Source: Chlamydiia bacterium
GTDB lineage: Bacteria; Chlamydiota; Chlamydiia; Chlamydiales; GCA-2402025
Length of the DNA: 64,000 nt
Assembly (NCBI GenBank): GCA_030427725.1
Contig: JAUICV010000002.1
Span: 545,226 to 609,225, forward strand
Reading direction: 5' to 3'
The notes below the pieces were generated by a model. That model was not told the origin of the DNA, did not search any database, and saw only the letters and a list, made by a program, of their open reading frames with translations. A program made the translations under genes and the position numbers. Position 1 is the stretch's first letter. Each line of letters starts with the position of its first letter. Positions 7,505 through 15,921 of this stretch are shown here, in pieces.

Positions 7505-9262
7505 CTATTGTTGATTGTATAAAATTTTAAACTTAAGCCCATCTTTTTCAAGTTGAACTTCATCTGTTAAGACATTTGTAATGACCATGCCTTCTAAGTT
7601 ATCACCTTTTGATAAGATCAGCCCATTAATCACAACATACTCATTTTCTGTTCCGTATTTAGAGGTTCCAGTGACTTTAAATTTACTTGAAAGATCAATT
7701 CTAGCTGTCGAGGCTGTTGTCATAATTACAAAGTTTTTAACAGAGCGGATACCAGGCATTTTTTTTAAAGTAGCTATCAATTCATGGAATTTCTTTTCAG
7801 ATGATTGATTCACTCGCCCGGCTAAAACAAGTTCTCCGTTAGAAATTTGGAATGAGACGTTTACAAATCCAGCCTCTATAAGTGTGCTTTGAATCTCTAC
7901 TTGTAAATTGTTTTGTATAACAACTTCATTGCGTAGCTTTTCGGTATAGGGAAAATGTAAGTTTATATACTCAGATAAAAGCCCCGCTTCTTGCAGCGTT
8001 TCTACGTATCCTTTTAAGGTAAAATCACCTGGCATAGAAGCTGTCATATTTACAGCTCTCCAACTCGGATTTTTGTTTAAGAGGGCATTCATGTCGTTAG
8101 ACACCATCTCGTCTATTGTAATGTTGTCTTCAATATTTCGAACAAAGTTTAAACTTCTGAGCATATAGGTGAGTTCTTGATGCTCAATAGAGGTTAAAAC
8201 ATCCCCTAGAATAAAAAGTTTTCCTGTTTGAGGATTAAAGGTGTACTTTACACCTTGATAACGCTTCATAACCTCTTCAAGTTTATGTTCTTGATGGGAG
8301 TATGACACTTCAACGCTTTCACTTTTGAACAAAGAAATCGAACCAAATATTCCAAGGAATATTAAGAAAAGAAGAGCTCCTGCAATCACTAAATGCCTAG
8401 TCGGAATAAGAAGATCTTTCCAGCTTTTTTTCCCTTCAGAAATCTCTTCTGTAGAAAGCTCTTCATCATGTTTTTTCTTTGCATTGACAGTTTGAGAGTG
8501 GACACTAGCTGGAGAAAAAATCGTATCGCGAGCTTGCTCTTTGTCAATAAATAAGAAAGAAGTTGTTCCAAGGGCTACCATATCTTGAGAAGAGATGATA
8601 GTGTTCTCTTCAATTTTCATTCCATTTAGATAAGTGCCGTTGCGACTTTTTAAGTCTTCAATTGTTACATTTTCTTCTTCGTTGACATGAAGTTTTGCAT
8701 GCTGTCTTGAAACGCTTAAATCTTGAAAGATGACATCACAACTATTTGGATCCTTACCAACAATATAAGTATGGTTAGCTTGAAGGCCAAATTCAGCTCC
8801 TGTATTTGGTCCTGAAATAACTTTAAGCATCCAGCGTGATTCTGAAACTTCATTGAAAGAGAGAGAGTCTAAGGGGTCTTCAGTTTCTAAAAGAGTTGGA
8901 TGAGAAGAAATTAAATCTTCTTGCATCTTTTCTGTAGAAATTGAAGGATCATTTTCTGTGAATCGAAAAAGAGTGCTTCCAACTTGCAGGACATCTCCTT
9001 CTTGCAAAATCACCGGATCGGTGATTGGAGTTCCATTTACAGAAGCTGGATTAATAGTGCTTAAGTTTTCTACAACATAGCCGTCATCTGTGAGACGAAT
9101 GATCAGATGTTTTCTAGAAACCATTGGATCTTCGAGCACCTGAAAAGCAACATCTGGGTCTCGACCAATGATCCATTCCTCACTATCTTCTAGCCTAATG
9201 ATCAAACCACCGAGTGGTCCTTCTTCAGCTACAAGAAAACCTGCTATACTTCTTTCGTTCAT
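7505..9262 (-). CDS. sctD: T3SS inner-membrane ring protein SctD/CdsD with two N-terminal FHA domains
   Basis: 585 aa. Two FHA-like blocks (IIGRDPDVAFQV..VSRKHLII...NGT and YIVGKDPNSCDVIF..VSRQHAKL...NGTYLNG), one TM segment (LVIAGALLFLIFLGIFGSISLF) and a periplasmic C-terminal domain. Position matches CT664. Confidence 0.85.
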   Translation of the reverse strand: MNERSIAGFLVAEEGPLGGLIIRLEDSEEWIIGRDPDVAFQVLEDPMVSRKHLIIRLTDDGYVVENLSTINPASVNGTPITDPVILQEGDVLQVGSTLFRFTENDPSISTEKMQEDLISSHPTLLETEDPLDSLSFNEVSESRWMLKVISGPNTGAEFGLQANHTYIVGKDPNSCDVIFQDLSVSRQHAKLHVNEEENVTIEDLKSRNGTYLNGMKIEENTIISSQDMVALGTTSFLFIDKEQARDTIFSPASVHSQTVNAKKKHDEELSTEEISEGKKSWKDLLIPTRHLVIAGALLFLIFLGIFGSISLFKSESVEVSYSHQEHKLEEVMKRYQGVKYTFNPQTGKLFILGDVLTSIEHQELTYMLRSLNFVRNIEDNITIDEMVSNDMNALLNKNPSWRAVNMTASMPGDFTLKGYVETLQEAGLLSEYINLHFPYTEKLRNEVVIQNNLQVEIQSTLIEAGFVNVSFQISNGELVLAGRVNQSSEKKFHELIATLKKMPGIRSVKNFVIMTTASTARIDLSSKFKVTGTSKYGTENEYVVINGLILSKGDNLEGMVITNVLTDEVQLEKDGLKFKILYNQQ

Positions 9263-9339
9263 AACTTACTTCTTAGCTTTGCTCCGCCCGCTTAATGTTA
9301 CGGTTCTTTTCTTTTTAGCGTAAGTAAAAAGAATCTTTA

Positions 9340-9765
9340 TCATCGCTTGGTATTTTTATACTTTTCTAAGTAAGCTTTCCAGTAGTCTAAATAATTGGCA
9401 AAAGTTTCTATGTGATCGCTAAATTCTCTAGCATTTGTATCTTCACCAATATTTAAGACTAACATTAAGCGTTTGGTGTCAGGTGATAGTGCAAGCGTTG
9501 AACCACCTGTCCCTTGTCCTAAATAGTTTGCTTTCATGAAATGGATAAGAAGATCTTCATGAGATCCATCAGGCATTTCACCAATATCAGATTTAATATA
9601 AAATCCTGGGTACTGCTCTTTTAATTCAAAGGTTAGCTCATCGTTTAAGGTGAGTGTATAAAAATCCTCTTGGTTTTTTTCTTTATCAAAAGGTCGATTG
9701 AGTTTTTCGCAAAGCGAGCTAATCAAATGTTCGAGCATATATGCATATATCCATTTTCTAACCAT
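9340..9765 (-). CDS. Class I T3SS chaperone (CesT/Scc4-like, CT663 position)
   Basis: 141 aa, acidic, chaperone-size. The pattern FYTLTLNDELTFELKEQYPGFYIKSDIG...LMLVLNIGEDTNAREF resembles CesT-family chaperones. The start may be the internal Met (MLEHL). Confidence 0.6.
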   Translation of the reverse strand: MVRKWIYAYMLEHLISSLCEKLNRPFDKEKNQEDFYTLTLNDELTFELKEQYPGFYIKSDIGEMPDGSHEDLLIHFMKANYLGQGTGGSTLALSPDTKRLMLVLNIGEDTNAREFSDHIETFANYLDYWKAYLEKYKNTKR

Positions 9766-9941
9766 AGCATTTCAGCTATGCTTATCTTTTCGGTTTAAGT
9801 TTTTTTTAGTTTATTTGCAATGAAAAACAAAAGATGTATCGCTTGAAGTGAGCGTTTATTAAGCGATTTAAATCTAATCTTAAAACAGTGTAAAAAACTC
9901 ACTGAAAAAGTTCATATAAATATTAAAAGATGGAAGTAAAT

Positions 9942-9977
9942 AAAAAAACCTTCTCCAGCTTATGGAGAAGGTTTTTT
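9942..9977 (-). terminator. Hairpin terminator, bidirectional in appearance, downstream of the trx operon
   Basis: CCTTCTCC (9949..9956) / GGAGAAGG (9964..9971), flanked by an A-run upstream and a T-run downstream. Confidence 0.6.
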
Positions 9978-10004
9978 GTGAGTTGTTAAAAATAACAAAG
10001 GTAT

Positions 10005-10745
10005 CTAATTCCCAAAGTATTTAACGAGCAAATCATTAAGCTTATCTTTTGTTGTGAAACCAACTTGCCTTCCAACTTCCTTGCCATCTTTAAAAAAAAG
10101 AAGAGTGGGGAGTCCTCTAGCATTTAACTTGCCTAGCAGGGCTCTATTTGTGTCTGCGTTTAATTTTGCAAAAGTGTGATCAGATTCTTTTGAAAGTTCG
10201 TTCAAGATAGGGGATAAAGCTTTACATGGCCCGCACCAGTCGGCGTAAATATCTACGATAACTGTGTCCTTTTCTGAAATGAGATTCTCAAAATTGTCTG
10301 AAGATAAGCTTATGACTTTTGAATCTTTTGAGGGTTGAAAATTTTCTGAAACTTTAGGGTGATCTATCTGCAAAGCTTTGACCACCAAATTTTGCATTAT
10401 CTCAGATGCTTCCAAAGAAAAGTTTGCTGAGGTTTTGGTAAGTTTTTTGTATGTCTCACTTGTAACTAAATCGTAAATATTATCTATATCTTCATGGGAA
10501 AAATGCTTGAAAAAAGCTTGTTTCAATGTGTCTTGAAGATCTTTTTGATGATAGAGTTGACTTAGCTTTTCCATGAATTCTTCAGCAGTAACTTTAGATC
10601 CTGTAGCCTGAATCATTTGTTTTGCAACCGCATCATAGTTCTTTATTTGCAAAAGGCTTTCTATAATAACTTCGGTTTTATCAATATCTTTTGGATAAGC
10701 TAAGCTAGCTTGTCCTAGAAGTAATGCACAAATAATAGCTTTCAT
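10005..10745 (-). CDS. Thioredoxin-domain protein with N-terminal signal peptide
   Basis: 246 aa. Leader MKAIICALLLGQASLAYP. The C-terminal domain has WCGPC and LPTLLFFKDGKEV thioredoxin-fold motifs, preceded by a roughly 140-aa helical domain. Confidence 0.85.
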   Translation of the reverse strand: MKAIICALLLGQASLAYPKDIDKTEVIIESLLQIKNYDAVAKQMIQATGSKVTAEEFMEKLSQLYHQKDLQDTLKQAFFKHFSHEDIDNIYDLVTSETYKKLTKTSANFSLEASEIMQNLVVKALQIDHPKVSENFQPSKDSKVISLSSDNFENLISEKDTVIVDIYADWCGPCKALSPILNELSKESDHTFAKLNADTNRALLGKLNARGLPTLLFFKDGKEVGRQVGFTTKDKLNDLLVKYFGN

Positions 10746-10748
10746 AAA

Positions 10749-11717
10749 TTAGTTTCCTTTTTTGAGTTCCAAATATTGATAGGCATCTAACGCAGCTTTG
10801 CAGCCTGAGCCTGATGCTGTAATGGCTTGTTTATAGCGATTGTCAACGACATCACCAGCTGCAAAAACTCCTTGAGGGGCTTTGATAATGATGCCAGAAG
10901 AATTGGTTGTGACAGAGCCTTGAAGCCAAGAAGTGTTTGGAATTTGACCAATAGCAATAAAGACCCCATCACAGGAGATCTTTTCTAGCTTACCTGATTG
11001 GGTGTTTTCCAAAGTAGCTCCGTCAACATAGCCTTTAAGTGGATCTGAGATGTTGATAACTTTAGTAAAGGTCTTGATGGAGATGTTTTTCTTAGATGCT
11101 ACGCGCTCACGTAAAATATTAGATGCTCTAAATGTGTCACTTCTATGAACGATTGTGACCTTTTTTGCGAATTGAGACAGCAAAAGAGCCTCTTCAAAAG
11201 CGCTATCTCCACCTCCTACAACTAAAACGTTTTGATCTTTGTAAAGCGGGGCGTCACAAACAGCGCACGTGCTGACGCCTTGCCCAAAAAGAGATGCTTC
11301 AGAGTCAAGTCCTAAAAGTTTAGGAGAAGATCCCGTTGCAATGATTAAACTCTTTGTTTCGAGGATTTCATTGTTTGAAAGAGTTGCTCTATAAGGATAT
11401 GTGGAAAAATCCATACTTTTAACATCAAGGCTCTGGACCTTCGCTAAATATTTAATAGCTTGCTCTCTCATATTAGATATTAAAACAGGCCCATTGATTC
11501 CATTGGGGAATCCTGGAAAATTTTCAACCACATGTGTAGTAGAGAGCTGACCTCCAGCAACAGTTCCTTCTGCAACGAAGGTTTTTAAACCTAACCTAGA
11601 CGTGTAGATACTGGCAGTTAATCCTGCAGGGCCTCCCCCTGCAATTAAGACATCGTATGTGTCAGAAAATAGAGATAAGAAGGGAAGGTATAAACAAAGT
11701 ACAAATAGTAGTCTCAT
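10749..11717 (-). CDS. trxB: Thioredoxin-disulfide reductase (TrxB) with an unusual hydrophobic N-terminal leader
   Basis: 322 aa. FAD motif DVLIAGGGPAGLTAS, redox-active CAVCD, NADPH motif VVGGGDSAFEEA...HRSDTFRA. The first 18 residues, MRLLFVLCLYLPFLSLFS, are signal-peptide-like. Confidence 0.9.
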   Translation of the reverse strand: MRLLFVLCLYLPFLSLFSDTYDVLIAGGGPAGLTASIYTSRLGLKTFVAEGTVAGGQLSTTHVVENFPGFPNGINGPVLISNMREQAIKYLAKVQSLDVKSMDFSTYPYRATLSNNEILETKSLIIATGSSPKLLGLDSEASLFGQGVSTCAVCDAPLYKDQNVLVVGGGDSAFEEALLLSQFAKKVTIVHRSDTFRASNILRERVASKKNISIKTFTKVINISDPLKGYVDGATLENTQSGKLEKISCDGVFIAIGQIPNTSWLQGSVTTNSSGIIIKAPQGVFAAGDVVDNRYKQAITASGSGCKAALDAYQYLELKKGN

Positions 11718-11825
11718 AGGTAAAAACTATGCTTAAGCAGAGATTTAAAGTCCATATGAAAGGGGCCCTGAAATATATCAGCTAACAATGGTAAATAGAG
11801 GGTAGAATGAGAGTTAGAACATATA

Positions 11826-11855
11826 AAGAGTTTGGGAGTTAGCTCCCAAACTCTT
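11826..11855 (-). terminator. Hairpin terminator after the 11867..13444 gene
   Basis: 13-bp stem AAGAGTTTGGGAG / CTCCCAAACTCTT with a 4-nt loop. T-rich after the stem on the minus strand. Confidence 0.6.
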
Positions 11856-11866
11856 TTATGAAAACA

Positions 11867-13444
11867 TTAAGGAATGATTGTTTGTAGGGCGTTAGCACAT
11901 TCATTAAGATCACCAGAGGGTGATAGTGTACTATAAAGATCAATCCCATATTTTTGTTCATCTGGATAATAGGTTAAGGTTTTTACGATATATATAGTTT
12001 GGTCAGGCGTGGGACTAGGCATTGCAAAGCATTTACCTTGCATTAACTTTGATTTGTTTTTGTAAGTTATAGCAGGGACCTGTTTAATGAGAGTGTAAAT
12101 GTCGCTGATTTGAGTAAATGGAAGAGTAGATCTGGTAGGAACTTGAAAGGACATTTGTGATGTTCTACCATTTGAAATTGGGTAGTGTCCAATTGCAATT
12201 GCAAGACCGGACGATTCATCGTTAAATTGGGTTCTGAAAAATCCTCCTCCAATTGCAATTGCTTTATCGAAAACATTAGTGGATTCATCAAGCGCTGTGA
12301 TATTTACATTCGAAACTAAGGGTTTTGATAGGGGGTATAGAGATTTTTCCAGTTCAAAAGAATCTCTTGACACACTAGTAAAGAAAGATTTAGCTCTAGG
12401 AACTAAATCAGGTGTGTCATCATAAACAGTAACTGCTTGATACGCTCTCGAGGCTTTGCCTAATAGCGTTCTACAATTTTTGTATGTCGCAACTTTTGTC
12501 CAAGAGCCAACAATGTCTTGACGTTTTCTGAAGACCCAGGCCTCTTTAGAGGGAAGTAAAATGCTTACTTGGTCGGACCTGCTGGAGCTAGCTAAGCTAA
12601 GCTTTAATTGTTTTTGGTTGATATTAGCAAATGTTCCAAGAGAGATGTTTGTTATGCTATTGGACGCATTTTCTCTGATATTTAAACTTAATGTATTGTC
12701 TTGTTGGCTAAGGTAGCAAGAGACTCTTCTGCCTCCCCTTGGAGCTGCAGCGACAGCGACAGCAAGAGCTTGTCCTGTGACTGGTTTTTTTATCGAAGTC
12801 ATCGTTCCATTGCTATAGTGAAACTCTACAATATTTTTTTTGTTGTCACCAATAAAAGCAGCGATGGTATCTTGAGCTAAAGAAGCTCCTGCTGCAACTG
12901 TTTGGTCTGGATCGTCATATTCTGGTGGAGATGAGCTATCTAAGAGAGCTCTAGCGAAAGACCTTCTACTAAGTGTTTGTCCAGAAAGGGTCATCTCATA
13001 AGCATCAACTGAAGAGGAACCTCTCGTAAAAAGCCAAGTTCTTCGTCTTAAATTTTGCTGAACAGCATTGGAATCTGGAAACGTATTGAACTCATTTGTT
13101 GTGACAACAGCTGCATCAAAGATGTCTGGGATGACAAGTCCTCTATTTCTTGCTTCTTCCACTAATTCTAGTTGCTTGTTTAATGAATAGCGTGACAGTA
13201 AAAGATCCCAAGATTCTTCGCGTTTAACAATAGCAGAAGATAGAAGCTCATTGTTCGCTAAAACCTTTGGTTTTCCAGCTTCCATGATTGTTGCAAAGCT
13301 TTGAAAAGGGATAAAAGGACTTTCATCTGAGACGTCATTAGATATTTGAGTCAGGATTTTTTGCTGGCGATTTTCAGAAAAAAGAGAGCTCTTTGCAAGA
13401 ATAAAACAAAGGCTTAAACAAAAAATGTTTTTGAAATTCATGTA
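11867..13444 (-). CDS. Secreted hypothetical protein (lineage-specific family, intact copy)
   Basis: The ORF track gives 11867..13495. The internal Met at 13444 gives the signal peptide MNFKNIFCLSLCFILAKSSLFS. I recognise no known motifs. It is a paralog of the decayed gene at 13572..15085. Confidence 0.7.
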   Translation of the reverse strand, partial: YMNFKNIFCLSLCFILAKSSLFSENRQQKILTQISNDVSDESPFIPFQSFATIMEAGKPKVLANNELLSSAIVKREESWDLLLSRYSLNKQLELVEEARNRGLVIPDIFDAAVVTTNEFNTFPDSNAVQQNLRRRTWLFTRGSSSVDAYEMTLSGQTLSRRSFARALLDSSSPPEYDDPDQTVAAGASLAQDTIAAFIGDNKKNIVEFHYSNGTMTSIKKPVTGQALAVAVAAAPRGGRRVSCYLSQQDNTLSLNIRENASNSITNISLGTFANINQKQLKLSLASSSRSDQVSILLPSKEAWVFRKRQDIVGSWTKVATYKNCRTLLGKASRAYQAVTVYDDTPDLVPRAKSFFTSVSRDSFELEKSLYPLSKPLVSNVNITALDESTNVFDKAIAIGGGFFRTQFNDESSGLAIAIGHYPISNGRTSQMSFQVPTRSTLPFTQISDIYTLIKQVPAITYKNKSKLMQGKCFAMPSPTPDQTIYIVKTLTYYPDEQKYGIDLYSTLSPSGDLNECANALQTIIP

Positions 13445-13571
13445 AACAGATCCCCTGTAAAAATTATGAGATAGTTCATAAATACATCCTGACAAAGATT
13501 TGTGACAAATATTTTTTTTACGAGAGAACTTAGAAGGGGATAAATCCCCTTCTAGGTTGAGTTGACATGGT

Positions 13572-15085
13572 TCAATGAATAGTTTGGTAAGCTTGAACTT
13601 TTCCCATTACATTTTCACTTTCTGAAGGAGTGATGTATGTTTGTAGGGCGTATTGCTTGCTTTGTGGATAGTACGTGACTATGTTCAAGAGGAACTTTCC
13701 TGCTGAAATGTTTGAGCAAGGAAGCGCGTAAATTTTGAGTTGAGTAATTTTTGATTGGTTTGCGTAAGCGCTGATTTTAGAAACTAGTCCAGGAATAAGG
13801 TGATAGCAATCGTTGATTTGTGATATGGGGGTAGTGGGATTGGTTGTACTCATCTTTTATAGCGCGAACTAGAGCAACCTCTAATACAGAAGCTTGACGA
13901 CTTAACCATGTTTTACCGTACCCTGAAATAGCTGCAAGACCTGAACCAAGTTGATTGAAATCAGCAGTCATTCCTGACATGACAAGATTGCTAATTCCAA
14001 GCTGTTTGGATATGGGATGCGCTTCTGTGGTAGTTTTCGTTGTGGTGGAGCTATTGTCTGATTTGAAATAAACATCTGCTTTAGGAGTCGTAGCAGTAAG
14101 ATTTGCAATAGCTGTTGCTTGAAAATTGCTCCCAGAAAAGGACGCAAAGTCATCAGCATTTGTGTAGGTTTTTTTTGTTTCCCAGCCGTTACTAGTGCCA
14201 GAGTCATTTTTTAAAACTCTTACATGTTTTCCAGGCAAAGCGACAGTGATCGTGTCTTTTGTATCAGAGGAGGCTGCGATGATCTTTAATTCTGAGGAAT
14301 CTAAGTCAGGATAGGTTCCGAGTTCAATTGTTTGAGCAGACCCTAAATTGTAATACACTTCGATAGACAATCCATTACCATTTTGTAAAAGATATGCGCT
14401 AAAAGCTCTGGATCCTGAATCATTGCAAGCACTTGAAAGGCTAATAACTTTTTTGTCAAATGTACGAGTAGTCGATGTTGTCTCGCCATTTTTATAAAGG
14501 AGTTCTACAGCCTTTGTGCCTGATTGATTGACACAGGCAAAAAAACGCTGTGTCAGATTTTCTAGCAACTCCACTTGCGATAGAAGGGGCTGGAGAAGCT
14601 GAGGAGTCAAGGGCATCAAATTCGACTGTTCTAACGAGAGCGCTAGATAAAGAGCGTGATTTTAAGTTGAGTTTAGCTAGTTGTATTTTGCTCCCTAAAA
14701 TAGCTAAGAGAAGATTGCTTTTCTGTTTCGAAGAATCAAAACTATTGTAGCTATTTGTATAGGCTAAAGAGCCGTTGTAAACCTTAGGAATAGAAAGGAG
14801 GTTTTTAGATGGGGTGTAGGTTCCCCGGCTAATTGGTTCATATACTCTAATATAAAAGTTAGATCCTAAGGTCCAACTAGAGAGAAAGCTTGCGTTACTG
14901 TCATTTGGAGTCGACGTTTCATCAAAGATAGCTGAAAAAGTTTTATCTGCTAAAAGAGGCTCTTCATCAGATATTGCTGCGCTAACGCAATAAAGCATAT
15001 TTTGCTGGATGGCACTAGAAGCGCTAAAGACCCAAGAGTTTATAAGGGCAAGCGATAAAAGAAGGGTTGAAACGTGTTTCGTCGT
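13572..15085 (-). pseudogene. Decayed paralog of 11867..13444, with two frameshifts and a lost start codon
   Basis: Three overlapping ORF fragments in different frames (14492..14998, 13777..14619, 13572..13853) are together collinear with the intact paralog. For example VELLYKNGETTS matches VEFHYSNGTMTS, and NIVTYYPQSKQYALQTY matches KTLTYYPDEQKYGIDLY. The signal-peptide-like TTKHVSTLLLSLALINSWVFSA is preceded by ACG ACG and has no ATG. Confidence 0.7.
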
Positions 15086-15286
15086 ATAGTTCCTGTAGTT
15101 GGTATCTTGATTTTCTAAACAATATACTATTAAAAATAGTTTTCAAGATTTAATTTATATAGGAGCACTAGCAAGATTTCTTGATTAAGCATCTTATGGT
15201 TAAGTGGATGCGTGTAAGATTCTAAAGGTTTTAGGTCTTCATTTAAATTCAAAAAAAAGCTATACTGGAGAAAAGAGGTAGGTCTT

Positions 15287-15721
15287 ATGAATGATGAGCT
15301 TAAAAAAATCATAGAGTTCTTTGAGATGGAGCCTGAAGAGAAATCAGAGCACCTAGAGGATGTGTTTTCTAATACTGTAGAGTTTTTTGATAGGTTTAAA
15401 TACACGCTAGAAAATGGTTCTGCAGAGGAGAAAAAGCAGGTTGTAGAAGATGTCTTAAAGCTTCAAGAAAAGCTTCAGATCCAGACAGATGAAATGTGCA
15501 AGTCTATGGACATGTCAGAAGATGAGCTTAAAGAATTTGCCCAAAATCCAGAAAATTTTACCGAAGAAGAGTGGGAAGCTATCCAGGATGCAAAAATTAA
15601 ACTGGAATCTCAAGCTCATGATATTGGGGATCTTGTCCACTTTAAGGGATCAGCCGACTCAGAGAAAAAGCCGAAAAAGACCGGGAAAAAATCTAAATCT
15701 AAAAAATGGGTTAAATCTTAA
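15287..15721 (+). CDS. Small acidic helical protein with Lys-rich tail, function unknown (candidate chaperone or regulator of the downstream module)
   Basis: 144 aa, E/D-rich with a C-terminal KKPKKTGKKSKSKKWVKS. GGAG-type RBS (gagaaaagaggtaggtcttATG). Followed by a strong terminator. Confidence 0.6.
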   Translation: MNDELKKIIEFFEMEPEEKSEHLEDVFSNTVEFFDRFKYTLENGSAEEKKQVVEDVLKLQEKLQIQTDEMCKSMDMSEDELKEFAQNPENFTEEEWEAIQDAKIKLESQAHDIGDLVHFKGSADSEKKPKKTGKKSKSKKWVKS

Positions 15722-15750
15722 CCTAATATCCATCTAATATATTTAGTACA

Positions 15751-15784
15751 AAGACCTTATCTTGTTTAGATAAGGTCTTTTTTG
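15751..15784 (+). terminator. Rho-independent terminator
   Basis: AAGACCTTATC (15751..15761) / GATAAGGTCTT (15769..15779), followed by a T-run. Confidence 0.8.
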
Positions 15785-15790
15785 TGTGTA

Positions 15791-15810
15791 AATGACTAAA
15801 AATGACTAAA
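15791..15810. repeat. Perfect 10-nt tandem duplication AATGACTAAA x2 upstream of 15922
   Basis: Direct reading: 15791..15800 equals 15801..15810. Confidence 0.8.
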
Positions 15811-15874
15811 GATGGAAATTAAAATATTTACTTTATATTAAATGGTAAGTAAAATGGTATGTAGGGAGTTTATG

Positions 15875-15892
15875 TCACTTACGTGTAAGTGA
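15875..15892. promoter_or_regulatory. Inverted repeat TCACTTAC-GT-GTAAGTGA, 30 nt upstream of the 15922 start (operator or 5'-UTR hairpin candidate)
   Basis: 8-bp perfect arms read directly. GTAAGT also occurs at 15844..15849. Confidence 0.35.
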
Positions 15893-15921
15893 TCAATTTA
15901 GATTATTAAAAGGGTAAAACA

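Noticed and set aside
13445-13495. 17-residue extension (MSGCIYELSHNFYRGSVY) on the secreted-protein ORF
   Set aside because: The internal Met gives a classical signal peptide, and the extension has no counterpart in the paralog.
15489-15737. 82-aa alternative-frame ORF inside 15287..15721
   Set aside because: It is the same strand in a shifted frame within a better-supported gene that has an RBS and a terminator. The Lys-rich composition comes from AAA/GAA runs.
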